The notes: generated by a model not told the origin, from the letters alone. A stretch of 64,000 nucleotides of DNA from Eledone cirrhosa (GCA_964016885.1 OZ024740.1:66650001-66714000), one strand, 5' to 3'. Numbered from the stretch's first letter, positions 1 through 13,924 are shown. Made by a program: numbers and translations.

Positions 1-1205
1 ACGAATCGCCTATAGACATTTACGAGGCCCAGGAATTGACGCAATTGTCGCAGTGAACTTGGCGGAGGCAAATCCGATACTGCCTTAACCTTCTCAGGAA
101 GAGGTCGAATACCATCGGCGTCAATCAGAGGGCCTAAAAATGTTAGTGAAGTCGAGCCGAAAACACACTTGGAAGCATTAATACGAACATTATATCTCTG
201 TAAACGACGAAATACGTGATCCAGATGCTTTGGATGCTGCTGAGGGGAAGAACTAGCAATCAACACGTCATCGATATACGTGTACACAAAATCCAGGCCC
301 CGAGTAACATCATCCATAAATCGTTGGAAGGTACTTGCAGCATTTCTAAGGCCGAAAGGCATAGTGAGGAACTCGAATGATCCGAAAGGAGTGGCAATAG
401 CAGTCTTTGTGATATCCTCCTTGTTAACCGGAATCTGATTATAAGCACGGATCAAATCAAGCTTAGAAAAGATTCTGCAACCCTGCAATGACGATGCAAC
501 ATCCTGCCAATGCGGGATTGGATAACGGTCAGGCACAGTAATCGCGTTTAAGCGTCGGTAGTCACCCGTCGATCTCCAATCACCAGAAGATTTAAGTACC
601 ATATGTAGAGGCGATGCCCAAGGACTCGTGGAACGCCGAATTATTCCTAATTCCAGCATGTGGTCGAATTCGAGACGTGCAGCTTTCAACTTCTCTGTAG
701 ATAATCTTCGAGGACGTGAGAAAACAGGTGGACCTGTAGTGAATATGAAGTGTTCAATCGCATGATCCGGGCTAGTAATTCGTAACTTTCCCTGCGTCAA
801 CTGAGGGAATGAATGTAACAGGCTTTGATACTGGTTGCCCACTTCAGCCAAGAAAAAGGAAGGGCTGACAGTGGCGACGTCCGGCTCTGAACCCTCGAAA
901 GAAAGGCCTGTTTCAGCATAAAAAAGGCGTTGTCTGCGAATGTCCACCAACAAGGAAAAATGGTGGAGAAAATCCGCTCCCAAAATGGCGTATGGCAAGT
1001 CGGCGATAGTAAACTTCCACTTCAAATCACGACGCACATTTTTTAACCGAAGAGGAAGCGAAATTTGCCCGTACGTTCGAATGGCCGTGTGGTTGACTGC
1101 TCGTAGATTTATATTTGATTCAGCTGGGTTTTTTTTTAGATAACTGACTGGCCAAATACTCAGCAACGTGCCAGTATCGACAAGGAAAAATAAACTAGTT
1201 GCATT
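1..1205 (-). mobile_element. Ty3/Gypsy LTR retrotransposon pol fragment (aspartic protease + reverse transcriptase), running off the left edge
   Basis: Manual minus-strand translation gives FFLVDTG (protease), [56 protein letters not shown] and LRQFLGLVN. It is missing from the ORF track, probably because it has no stop inside the window. Confidence 0.92.
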
Positions 1206-1879
1206 TTAGATTTCTTATCCTTACATACATAGATACATAAATACATACATGCATACATACATAGATACATACATACATACATATAGATTTTTCATTTGCA
1301 TGAAGAAATTATTATTATTATTATTATTATTGCCTCAAATTTCATTAAACCATGCGATATTCGACAGGTTTATCATGATATGTCTTTTATGAAGCGTATA
1401 CAGATTTTCTAGACGTAAAAGCGAAGAAGCCAGGATATATACAAAGAAGAATATTTATTTAATCTTTTTTATATTGGTTGTGATTTTGATTTTTTTTTTC
1501 TGAAACGATCAATATTTGAAGTGTTGAGATATTTCATTAATTAACTGAGGATTGTGAAAAAGCAGATTCTTTTCTGAAATTTTCTATTTTGCTTTACACT
1601 TATACAAAGATTCAATGCAGCAGTGAATAGCAAAATTCAATATTGGTCCCTTGAGAAAACAATTACATATTTAAGCATAGTTTATCACTGTTTTGTTTTT
1701 TCATTGTATATTTATCCACAGGATTTCTCCAAACTTAGACATTTCAAAAATATATGGGCATACTATTATTAATTTTGTTAATTTTTAATTTTGCATTTTA
1801 TATTTAAAAGAAAACTAGTAATCAGCACCTGTCAAAAATTGCAAATATACTCATCGTTTACGTTTGTTATATATGATCG

Positions 1880-3895
1880 CTGCCCCCTTGTTGTCGGGTA
1901 TGGCCGTTGCACGAAACAAAGAAAAAAAAGAGCACACATTGCTAATAATTACTGGTGCTGCGATCGAATGTGGCTTTTTAGCCCAACCAATGATCTAAAA
2001 TGTCTTGGATAAACTTAAAAACCAAAACATTCACTGGCAATAGCTGTCTGTGATTGGACATCATGTACCTTTTCATGTAGTTTGAGCCCTCCTGCTGATC
2101 TATACTCTTTTCCACATGCTTGAAAGGTATGATGAGTAGCATCTCGGATAGCAGCCTGGTGGTCAACCACTTGTCTCACTTTATGATTGCGAAGATAACT
2201 TTCGAGTCCACCTTTGCTGAGGCGGAATCTTGCACAGACACTGCATATATGAGCCATAGGAGGACCTTTGCTGTCTAGAAATGTAACGGCAATGCCTTTC
2301 CTGACATCCCTTTTAACTTTCTCGGATGCGATTCGAGATGCTTCAAAAACAACTTTCCTCTCATGTACGATCAGCAGCTACGCTTTCCCATATATCAGCA
2401 GAGATGTTAGCGTCTGCAGAGGAGGCTTTCAACGAATCCATATACCTCTTTTTTGTTGGGGGGGGGGGGGGTATGTGGAGGTCGTTTCCTTTAAATAACT
2501 CTTCATAAAAGAGTTGTTTTGGTATTCTAGAATCCTTTATTCTGGCAAGGTTACCATTCTACTGGAGTCTCTGCTTAAGCACAAGATCTTCTGTACTTTC
2601 AAACGGAGAGCTTTCCAAAGTCTCTAGATCACTGATATGTGGTCCTGCCACAGTGAATGCCAGAGGCATAAAGAAGAGAAGAGAGCGCACATGCCTTGTA
2701 CACCTTTATCTTTGTCTTCTTGCATATGTCTCGCCGACCCCAGAGGCGCCTTTCTAGCTTTCCGAAATCATCACTTGCTTTCCTAATCCTGAGTGGAATT
2801 TCAAGATTGTTGTATCGATTGACAGTGCTTCCCAGGTAGACAAACTGGTCAACCACTCCCAGTCGTTTACCATACACATAAATATTTGCTTCACTGTACT
2901 GCTTACCAGGGGCAGGTTGCTACATTACAACGGTTTTCCTGAGACTGACAGTCAATCCTAGATCAGTACAAGCATCAGAAAATGCATTCAAAATGTGCTG
3001 CATATCAATTTGTGTCCGCTAAAAGATCGCAATCATCTGCATACAAGAGATCTCTTATGATAGGTAAATACCTTTGTTTTTTCAGCAAAGCGCATGGCGT
3101 TAAATATGCTGCCAGAGGTTCGATAGTAGATGGGAAAAGCATGCTTGCAATTCCTGAATGCAATATAGAAAACCATTGTAAAGTCTATTGCAAACAAGGT
3201 CGATGCTGGAATATCCCCCTGTTTCACACCATTTTTCAATGAGATAGGCTCCGACATATTACGTCTGACGTTAACACAAGTCTTCAAGGCATCATGGAAA
3301 GACGTAACCAAATGAAGTAAACTTATCAGGGCAACCAAGTTTCTGAAGTACCTTCTACAATGCATTTCTGTTAGCAGTATGGAAAGTTTTTGTTAGATCG
3401 TCAAAAACCTCATTCAGATCCAAACCCTTTTCCACGCACTTCTCCTAGAGCTGTCTAGCTGAGGAGATCAGATCAGTTGTGACGCGTCCAGCGCTTAAAG
3501 GAAGAATACAATCTGCAATGTGTGTCAGCTGAGGGTCCAGTATCACTCAACATAAAATGTCTCCTACTACAGAAATCAATGATATACACCTATAGTTTCC
3601 ACAATCATACATGTTGCCCTTTCCCTTGTACTTTCCCTTGTACTGCATCTCGCCAGGCCTCAGGTACGGATTCATAAGCTGATGTCGTGCCAAACAAAGA
3701 GTGAGGATATCGCAGAAGTCTCACACTACCATATTATAACAGCCCTACGTGTATGCGATCCCCACCTGGAGATCTTCCACTGTCAGCTTTACTAATTCAT
3801 TCTCACCATGTCTACAGAATATACAAGCACCTTTAATGCTGTTAAATGAAGTCAATAAATTAGATGAAATCGTAGATTCATTGTTGGTATCTGAA
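1880..3895 (-). mobile_element. Degenerate RTE-clade LINE (RT plus C-terminal C2H2-like fingers)
   Basis: Fragments GVKQGDIPASTLF, YADD, FVYLGSTV...RIRKAS..FGKL and KIKVYKACALSSLLYA, then CSVC..H and CGKEYRSAGGLKLHEKVH. Multiple frameshifts. Boundaries are approximate. Confidence 0.8.
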
Positions 3896-3907
3896 GACGA
3901 CCATGTT

Positions 3908-3962
<55 letters not shown>

Positions 3963-3963
<1 letters not shown>

Positions 3964-4163
3964 AAGAAGGAAGTGTGGTAAGGAACCAGGCGGACCATAA
4001 GGCACCATAGTACTCGATACTGTGGATAGTACAGTGGGTAATAGGAAAGGAGTCAAGACCCCGACGGCAAAGCTCAAGCCATTTCAACGGCTGTTTCTGG
4101 TTCAGTTCGGAAACATCTGTCGAATCGGTTTGAGCTCTGCCGTCGGGGCCTTGACTCTTTTCC

Positions 4164-4166
<3 letters not shown>
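3963..4166. repeat. Fold-back element family A, copy 1 (hairpin built from the 3' half of a hammerhead)
   Basis: Arms taggaaaggagtcaagaccccgacggcaaagctcaagcc... and ...ggtttgagctctgccgtcggggccttgactcttttccta, with an ~85-nt unpaired tail on the left and (TA)n on both sides. Confidence 0.8.
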
Positions 4167-4198
<32 letters not shown>

Positions 4199-4638
4199 GG
4201 AGAGAAAAAAGTGAGAAAAAAGTACTTAATACTGAAGTAAAATTTAAATAATCATTGGCTCAGTAATGTGCCTTAATACTTTTTAGAGTTTCAACTGTCA
4301 AATGATGATCCTGGGAGTGGGCATTTGAATCTCCACATTAACAAGGCACACTACTTAGCAATATTAATTGAATATATATATGAAGGGGGGTATGAGTTTG
4401 TATGTGTGTGTATGTGTTTGTGTGTGTGTGTGCGAGTGTCATATTGATCCTGAGTGCTACTAGTAACCTGTAACATGCATGGTCTATCTTCGGCGAATAA
4501 ACCAGCGACCCCACCAAGTCTGCTTGGTAAGGAAGGGGATTATTGACTTTGGGACGGAAAACAAAAACGATCAAAGTGTGGAGGAATTCATGTGTCGAAC
4601 GGTCATCCATTAGTATGTATATAGCAATATATTGTGTG

Positions 4639-4705
<67 letters not shown>

Positions 4706-5134
4706 GTAAATATTTTTATATTTTTATTTTTATCCTTTTAGCGTTTTATTTTACATAGTTATATTTTACATAGTTATATGTATAGAAATAAAACGGAATT
4801 TCCTCCCGCCTCTGATGTCCTAGCAACATCTGGTATTTGTTTCATCCATGCTATCATTTTGAAAAAGCAATTTGAAAAAGCAATTGCAGTTGTCCGTCCG
4901 AACGGCTGTAAATATGAAGAGGATATTAAGAAAACAACAAAAGCATCATGAAACTAATGGGAGTATTTCTACTTATAAACTGTGTGGCAAAACTATATAT
5001 TACATCTTAAAGCTTTTTAGCAATACAAATATTAAATGATTGAGATGGCAACTGCAGTAATGAGAAAATTCTTAAGCTATCTATATTTAGGTCGCTTGAC
5101 AAGAAGTTTACCCTGGAGTGAGACATTATAAGCT

Positions 5135-5421
5135 TTCATTATTTCATTTGCCTTTCATCCTTACGAGGTCGATAAAATAAAGTACCAGTAATGCACTGGG
5201 TATTTGCTGGCCTTGTGCCTAAAGTAGAAACAATTATTTCAGGCAGTATCGGTAGAGGGTTGGACGCCATGCTTTGACGCATAGAGTTACGGCCCTTGCC
5301 ATTCTGAGTTCAAATCCCGCCGAGGTTAACTTTGCCTTTCATCCTTACGGGGTCTATAAAATAAAGTACCAGTAATGTACTGGATAATTGCTGGCATTGT
5401 GCCAAAAGTAGAAACAATTAT
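5135..5421 (+). mobile_element. tRNA-derived SINE (near-full copy 5241-5421, preceded by a partial 3' copy)
   Basis: A-box-like GGCAGTATCGG, B-box GAGTTCAAATCC, and a conserved GCCTTTCATCCTTACGGGGTC.ATAAAATAAAGTACCAG core that resembles the MetaSINE central domain. Further copies at 26539, 34014 and 37291. Confidence 0.85.
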
Positions 5422-5487
5422 TTCAAAGAATTTACTGCTCTCTTCCCTTTGCTCAATTCTGAGTCTTATTTGAGATAGATCTATATG

Positions 5488-5538
<51 letters not shown>

Positions 5539-6129
5539 TTATCTATCGATATATCTGACGCGTGGAACATCGCCGATAAGCTTTTTTGTAAATTTCTATT
5601 AAAAAAAACTGAACAAATTGTTTCAAAAAACATATCATGTTGTAGATTAACCCCCAAGATGAATTGTCAGCTAGGAGGTAATCCCATTTTTCGCCCCTGT
5701 AGGGGCGAAAATTTTATTTAAAAATTGTTTTAAAAAATCAAATTTTGCCAATTATAAAACATGAATAGCTCGGAAAGAACGCTAAAGCACGTCGACAGAG
5801 AGAAGAGAGGTAGAGAGGCAGATATTTACGTTATATCTGCTTCTGCTACTATTGACGTCGCCATGGATACGACTGTCAACAAAGAGCAAAAAATAATATT
5901 GTCACTTGAAGATTTTAAAATTTCTTCCGTCGAAGCGGAGAAGCATAACACATAGGAAAACACAGCAATTAAACCTATTAATATATATACACATGAAAAA
6001 GACAACAACAACAACTCCATAGATATATCTACACATAAAGTTTCACCTCGTCAAGAAATTGCGATTTCCAACACCGAAGCTAACAACGATAACAACAACA
6101 ACAACAGCACCAACAACACAAAGTGTACA

Positions 6130-7848
6130 GCAACACCATTCTGTATGTATTGACTCTAGAGCCACTATTGTGGAAATTGGAGCTGTTGCAGGTTATCTCC
6201 CTAGAACCGGGAGTGCGCAAAGCGGCGTCGGCTTATGCCGACGACATGACGGTAATGGTGTCGTGCAACTCGGAAATCGGGGTGATCGGCAACTTACTGA
6301 AAGAATACGAAACGTTGACGGGAGCAAAACTAAACCCGGACAAGTCTGTCGGTTTGCAACTCGGTACATGGAGAGGCAAACCGATGACGTTCGACAGCGT
6401 CGTTGGACGCTGGATGGACGGACCGTTGAAATTGCTCGGGGTCTGGTTCCGTCCAGACCTCCAGGTTGAGAAAAACTTGACCGAGGTTACGGCCAAGGTG
6501 TTTGCGCTCACCCAGAAGTGGGCAGAGTGCAAACTGTCCTTGAAAGGTCGAGCGGAGGTGGCGAACACTTTCATAGCGTCCGTCGTCTACTACCGCTTGA
6601 CTGTCGTGCCTTGTCCCCGTGAACACCTCGCCAAGATGGAATGCATGCTCTTCCAGTTTCTGTGGAAGAAGCAGGCTCCGCTGGTGATGAGATCCGTCTG
6701 CTGTCAGCATCCTTCCAACGGAGGGCTAGGAATGCCGTGGCTGATGATGCGCAAACATGCGCTGAGGCTGCGGCATCTCCAGGTACCTCACCGACCCCCA
6801 ACCGGTGTGGGGACCGTTTGTGAGACAGACTTTCCCGCAGCTCGTCTCGCTGACGGAGCTGCAGGCCTTGGTCAAGAAAATACCGAAAACGATGGGCGCC
6901 TGGCACATTCAATGCGCTCAGGCACTCACAGTCCTCTGGCAAGCGGGCACAGCAATCAGTGGAGACTTCACTTCGACATTCTATAGAGGGATTGTACCTT
7001 ACAAAGGCGACGACGTGCTCGGAGAGACTCTGGTCGTCAAAGACGATGAGCTCACCAGTCTGTTTGGTAGAACTTTCCGCCCGGGACCTATGGACAACTT
7101 CCAGAGGTCCCTGGCCTGGCAGTACTAGCGAGGAGCTCTACCGATTCGTTACAAGATCTACAGGCACGGACGCCTCGGGAGGGATCCTTCCAAGAGGACG
7201 TGTCCAAGATGCGCGCAGGACATTGAAACCGTCCTGCACGCAATTGTACACTGCCTGGGCGTAACCGACCTGTGGAACTATGCAGAACAACTGCTGTCGC
7301 GTATGCAACAAATCCAGTTGACTGCCGAGTCCATAGTAAGTATCAAACCGCCAGCCTCTTTCAAAAACGAAAGAGAGGCGGTTTTCCTCTGTACGGTGGC
7401 TATGGTGAAAGAAGTTATATGGTGGACGAGATTGAGAGGACTGAGGACAGATGCCTTTCTCTAATGGACAACAATTGATTCCCTTCTTTAAGTATCACTT
7501 TAGAAGGAGAATCAGAGTGGAGAGAGAGGCACTGCACCCCATTAAATTTACTGAAAGGTGGGTGAATGTGACAAAAATGGCCCGAGTGATTTGGCCTTCT
7601 CTGTGTATAAGCCTGTAGGTTAAAGAAGAGAGAAAAAGGTAGAACGGAGCACTTGCACCACACGCTCCTGAAGTTGAGGGTTGTTCTATCGACGGGGTAT
7701 TAAACATCCCATTTGTGGCGCTTCCCCCTATTAGGGATTTCGTTTGTTATAATTGTTTTATATTTTTTAAACGACTGTATGTAAAATCCCCGGCATATCT
7801 TTGTATTGTCCCCTTTTCTTGTGCGCCCTTGTGGCAAATAAAGAAATA
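6130..7848 (+). mobile_element. 5'-truncated Tx1/L1-clade LINE (RT C-terminal half plus zinc-knuckle region)
   Basis: LYVLTLEPLL, AYADDMTV, TGAKLNPDKS, LKLLGVWF, LSLKGRAEVAN and GGLGMP, then CPRC...ETVLHAIVHC in a shifted frame. Ends near AATAAAG followed by a microsatellite. Confidence 0.88.
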
Positions 7849-8374
7849 TATCTATCTATCTCTCTCACTCTCTCTCTATATATATATATGTATATGTAAT
7901 CTGAGCTTTTCGAATGTTAATAATAATATTCGATTCGTTTGCAATTCACTGTATATTTTAGAAAATATAATATATTTTCACTCGCTCTGACAGTTGGCAG
8001 GTGAACAGTGAACTGCACTGATGAAGGGTAATCACCCATTTACGTTAGTCTCTTCATTCTAGTGTTATGGCTTAAAAAAGGGTGTTTGCATAATTGAAAA
8101 CGAATTGACTACTATTATTAATATTCAAAAAAACACAGGTTACATGTAGAGCCGCGCTAACTTTATATATAGAGACACACACACATATATATATGTATAT
8201 GGCTGGACTAAAAAGTCACACTGGTTCAGCGCATCGGTAAGGGTTTTCCTACATGGATATAAAGTAGTGGCCGTACTCGAAAACGAGTTGGCAGCCACCA
8301 TGTATGTATGTGTGTATATATATATATATATGTATATATATGTATCTATGTATGTATATATATATATATATATG

Positions 8375-8413
<39 letters not shown>

Positions 8414-8599
8414 GTATATGTATATATATGTATATGTATATATATATGTATATGTATGTATATATATATGTATATGTATATATATATGTATGTATATTTA
8501 TATATATATATGTATGTATATATATATGTATGTATGTATGTGTATGTGTGTGTGTGTATGTATATATGTATGTATGTATATATATATATATGTACATAT

Positions 8600-8636
<37 letters not shown>

Positions 8637-8651
8637 CATACATACATATAT

Positions 8652-9260
8652 GTCAGGTCACCAGTTGGTGCTACTGGTAACATGTATCCCAGTACCACCA
8701 GTCTCATCGTCGGGTCGTTGGCGACTAAACTGGCAACCCCACCAAGGTTTCTTGGTGAGGAGGGTGACTTTGGACATCCTGCAGGACTAAAAACAAAACC
8801 TGTCAAAGGGCAAGGGAGCTCTAAAGAGTCAATGGCCATTCAAAATCACCGGGAGAGATGACCCCTTAGCCTTTGTCATGGCAGAATTGTAGGAGAAGGA
8901 AAACTCTGATATAACACCTGCAACCCTGATGGTATCCAATGATGTTGACTTGTTCTTCTTTTTGGTAAATATCATCTTGGTTAAGAGAGTGGGACTGGCT
9001 TTGTGCAGTGCCTTTGCTCACTATAAAAGCTTCACGGCACAGGCATTGCTTTATATCTGGAGATCTCTCTGCACTTGTCGTCACATGGTACCATGAGCCC
9101 AGCACTATGTGTCAATAATTGTCACAAGTGTAGTGTATGTACCAGAGTTTTCAAGTCGCTGGCTGGACTAAAAAGTCACACTCATTCAGCGCACCGGTAG
9201 GGGCTCTCCTACATGGATATAAAGTAGTGGCCGTACTCGAATACGAGTTGGCAGCCACCA
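8652..9260 (+). repeat. Unclassified ~600-bp interspersed repeat (partial copy 8200-8300; inverted copy 51208-51802)
   Basis: Three clearly alignable copies ending in ...gtggccgtactcgaa(a/t)acgagttggcagccacca, each next to TA microsatellites. No recognisable protein motif. Confidence 0.8.
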
Positions 9261-9285
9261 TATATATGTATACACGCACACACAC

Positions 9286-9668
<383 letters not shown>

Positions 9669-9710
9669 TATACACACACACACACATATATATATACATT
9701 TATTATAATG

Positions 9711-10025
9711 CTCAGCCGTTAATATGCATAAGGAAAGTATATACTTTCAGACGTTCAATCATCTGGCAGGAAGGTTTACGATGCTGACGATAGCTAATAA
9801 GCTTGAAACTAGTACATCGTCCCTTTGTCAGTGTTGAACAAAAGGGCAACGATGGTTGCTAAACACTGTACGTCTTAATTCTGGCTGTTTGTTTACAAAC
9901 AAACCGAGCATTATAATAAATGTACGGTAAACCCATACGTACATGTATATATGTGTGGTTGTATATATACATACTACTCTACGTCTGTATACATATATGT
10001 ATGTACCTTTACATACTTATATTTA
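9711..10025 (+). mobile_element. Partial monomer of the hammerhead-containing retrozyme-like repeat (same family as 35183-36741)
   Basis: Aligns along its length with the unit at ~36366-36684. It ends about 90 bp upstream of the SLC6 splice acceptor. Confidence 0.85.
9778..9820 (+). ncRNA. Minimal type I hammerhead ribozyme (predicted)
   Basis: ACGAUG-CUGACGA-uAGCUaauaAGCUu-GAAA-CUAG-UA^-CAUCGU. It has a 6-bp stem I, the conserved core, a palindromic ACUAGU stem III and a GUA cleavage triplet. Confidence 0.85.
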
Positions 10026-10116
10026 TATATATATATATATATGTCCAAAAATATTTATATTTGATTATGTTATCACCATAAAAATAATAGTTCTGTTTCT
10101 TTCTATTTTCATACAG

Positions 10117-10291
10117 GCTGATATTGTTCGCAAAGATGAAGAACAGACGCCTCCAGCTGGGGAAGAGGAAGAAGAAAATAATCGAGTAACATGGAGTGGT
10201 AAAACGGAATTTTTTATGACATGTATTGGGTATGCGGTTGGACTTGCCAATGTCTGGCGATTCCCATATTTGTGCTACAAAAATGGTGGTG
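10117..10291 (+). CDS. Exon of an SLC6 / neurotransmitter:sodium symporter (TM1 region); glycine/proline transporter-like
   Basis: Acceptor ttttcatacag and donor G|gtgagt. Encodes [10 protein letters not shown]...[36 protein letters not shown], which contains the NSS signature [13 protein letters not shown]. 175 nt, ends in phase 1. Confidence 0.95.
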
Positions 10292-12323
10292 GTGAGTTTC
10301 CTTCTCATATTTCTGTTAGATATACAGATTATTTTGAATAATATTTTCAATAAGCTTTTGACGCACCAATTTGAAAGGTACATTTCTTTAGTAACTCTCA
10401 CGTTTAATTACAGAACACATATGAAATGAATATTCCCTCTAGAGAGGAATATGCGTCGCTATTTTGGTGTGGTCTAGAGCTTTTGCCCTATAAAGTGAAG
10501 TGTAATTGTGTTTCTATTCCCTGTCCAATTCTTTGATTTTGCTGAAGTGAGACACATGAATGAAAGCTATTTATATGCATCTGGGGTCTCTATAATGCGT
10601 TATAACTTCTTTGTCCTATAGAAATACTTCAAATCAATCCAAATAGATGTTTGAGGAAATGTTTTTGTTGAAAGCTCCTAGGCTAAACAATCAGTACTTT
10701 TCTGAAAAGCTTCTTTTGTTTGTAGCCCCTATGGGAGTTCGCTTTGTATTCAATTCTGCAATGCACACACCCAATAAATCACACGCAGATTCACGTTTTC
10801 TTCATTCCGATTTCTACACCGCTTACACATGCATATCAAAGGCCCAAACTACTCACTTCGTTCAAAGCAACAACTTGGAACTCCACCTAATCCTGCTTCT
10901 CTATCATACAGTCTACTCATTAACCCCGTATCTTATATTTCTTAAGCTATTGCTGATATCCACGCATCACTATTTTCGAACGTCAAACTGAAAGGCGTGC
11001 CTTTCCCCTTTACTCGCCCGTTTAACATTTAATATCAGGAAAATAACGTATTATTTGTTGAAAGCCTTCATTTTTCTTTTATAATTTATCTGCTGTTTCC
11101 GCTGTTGATGATCAATATTCAACACGTTGGCTTCCAAGCTATCTTTTGCGTTTTGTCGCAGGACCGAAATATGATTCCATAATGAATTGTCATATGAGTA
11201 CTATAATGTATATTGTAACCAAGGGAATACATAGAAAGTGTTCATCACGCACAACATACCATGTGCTATTAGTAGCTAGTATCACACGCGACCCACCTGT
11301 GCTCGTCCTTAAAATCTTAGAGATATAATGGGACGATTTACTGGATTGCCGCGTGGCTCCCACAAATATACACTTTCTGGGACTTGTGTGAGCTAGTGTG
11401 TTAGATAAATTGCACACAAATAGCTGTTTTGTTTTTGCTTCAATATTATAGGTTTAACATATTATTTCAGTTTAACAAGGCACCAATTAGAATGTTTCCC
11501 AAATATCAATAAACAATTATATACTCTAATTTCTTTATATTATGTGAGCTGCAATAGCTTTTAATTCTGGATTCTTGTATTTTTGTATATGTTGTTTAAC
11601 TCTGCATGTGTGCGTACGTCTGTAATGATGCTGCTGCTACACACAAACAAATATACTAAACAGTATCTAGAGAACGCTTACTCGATTGATTAGCCAACAT
11701 TTCCAGCATCTGGCTCAGAAATATTCTTCCTTCCCTCTACATTTTATAACTCTATTACGATGAACTTTTCTATTTTGAACATGGCTGGTACTCTGACGCT
11801 TTCCATGTGGAATTCTCATCTCTTTCGTTTTGGCTCTTTTGTTTTCATGTATGGTTTGACCAACATGTCTCCCAGACAATGCATGCTCTGAGAAATATGC
11901 CCACTGGTTCCTTCCGACAATGTTGATCGTCTGGAAATCCTTCGTATTCCTTGTTAGTCATGTTGCCATCGACTGCAACGATTTATGTGGAACATTAAAC
12001 TCACCCATTTTACAGATGCCGGAGATCTTGGCAATTTCTTGAATGCCGTCATTTAAGCTTGATCTAACTAATGACATTCATATGTGTTCAAAGTCTGAAA
12101 GAAGAATTATTGAAAATCATCACATTGTATTTTGTATCTCTTTATGCTTTTATGCGTGTGTCATGTTTTTTCCCCGAAAGATGAATTTTCTATTTCGTCT
12201 TCTCATCGAAATATATTTGCTTTCTATTTCCTGACATTTCTCTCCTCTAAAATTAACTTTATTATTCATTTCATCGATGCTATTTCAAGTGTATTGATTA
12301 ATCCCTATGTTTGTATTTACTAG

Positions 12324-12455
12324 GTTCATTTATAATACCTTATATAATAATGTTGGCCATTGTGGGATTACCTCTTTTCCATCTGGAGCTAGCCTTTGGC
12401 CAATTTGCTAGTCTGGGGCCAATTAGTATATGGCGGATTAACCCCCTTTTCAAAG
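12324..12455 (+). CDS. Next SLC6 exon (TM2 region)
   Basis: Acceptor tttactag and donor AAAG|gtaaga. Splices in frame to give [45 protein letters not shown]. 132 nt, phase 1-1. Not in the ORF track. Confidence 0.95.
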
Positions 12456-13504
12456 GTAAGAACACCTAATTCATTTTATTGAGTTACATATTTTTCTGCA
12501 GATTTGCACGCAACGACAGCCTACTAATGAGCAATATTTAATTGAAATTGGGTTTATATTGTTTGGGTACATTTGAATATCAAACTCTAGTTAGAGATAA
12601 TAAGCATTGTTGTAAATAATTGCAAATTATGAAAACCGGAAATTTCGAATATCATTAATCAAAAACGTTATTATTGCAAAAAGGGCGTAGCCTATTAGTT
12701 CAATTTGCAATGGAATTAATATTGAGATGCTCTTCCATGTAATTATAATATCTAAGACATATTGAATTGAATATACTCAATTTTCAAGTTGGATGAAATT
12801 TGGTTGCTATAGGAGATGCACAAACAAAATTTAAGCGTGGTCTGTTGAAAAGTATCCGAGTTGCATATTTTCTGGGTGACATAATAATGATAGGGAAAAC
12901 ATTTTGTCGGGTGGAAACGCATACATTATTGTGCTTGCGTGTTGTTCCTGAATAACTGGCGATGAGAAGTAGTAAAACCCGGAATTAAAATACAGTCATC
13001 ACTCGGGAAGAATCCAAAGTTACAAAAGTCCCTAAAACGAGATCAAATGTGGCGAAAAATAAAGGTGATCTACAATGATTTTTCTTTTTTTACATACAAT
13101 GCATTGTACGTAGATAATCACTCTTTCTTGGCATTTCACATTTTCGCCTTGGCTATTGTTCTCCCGCTTTAAAGTCAAGAGAAAAATATACAACCTGCAA
13201 AACTTGAGCTAAGAGTCGTTCTGATATAAACGTTCCAGGAGTGCTTTGAACTGTGGTTGGATAACATGTATTCATGGTGTGGATGCACAAATGAAATGTA
13301 ATCCGTAATTGATTACAACACTTTTAAATGGCATGTTATGGTATGGACCCCTGTGGGGATCATTGCGCATGTTGATATACAACGTTTCTAGGACTTTTTT
13401 TTTAATCCGGCGGAACCCATCTCCTCTCCAAGCCTGAATACAGTAGATTTCTTCCAGAGAAGGTTAGAGAGAAAGGAAGTAAGTAAACACTATATACAAA
13501 GAAC

Positions 13505-13660
13505 TGACCACAGTACTTGACTGGTACAATTTTATTCACAATTAATGGATGAAAGGCAAAGTTGTCCTCGGTGGGATATGTAATCAGAGAGCAGAGAGCC
13601 GAAATGAATAATGAAAAACATTCTACTCGATGGTCTAACGGCTCTTCTTATTCGCAGCCT
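13505..13660 (-). mobile_element. Old diverged copy of the tRNA-derived SINE
   Basis: ctggtacaattttatt...ggatgaaaggcaaagttgtcctcggtgggat is the reverse complement of the SINE core. Confidence 0.65.
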
Positions 13661-13768
13661 AAAATTTGTATATATACATGTGTATTGATTAAATGCATAT
13701 ATCTGTATTGATCCATCCCGACTCTGGAATCAAAACGTCGTCGGACTTATATCTATATCTATATATAC

Positions 13769-13832
<64 letters not shown>

Positions 13833-13875
13833 CACACACACACACACATACATACACACACACACACACACACAT

Positions 13876-13924
<49 letters not shown>

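Noticed and set aside
5761-6125. Possible first coding exon of the SLC6 gene
   Set aside because: It has an in-frame stop at 5953-5955, no convincing phase-0 donor and no homology I can recognise, so it is left uncalled.
12835-13330. Possible mariner-derived non-autonomous element
   Set aside because: Only one TIR-like end (ggtctgttgaaaagtatcc) is visible, with no matching partner or clear coding motif.
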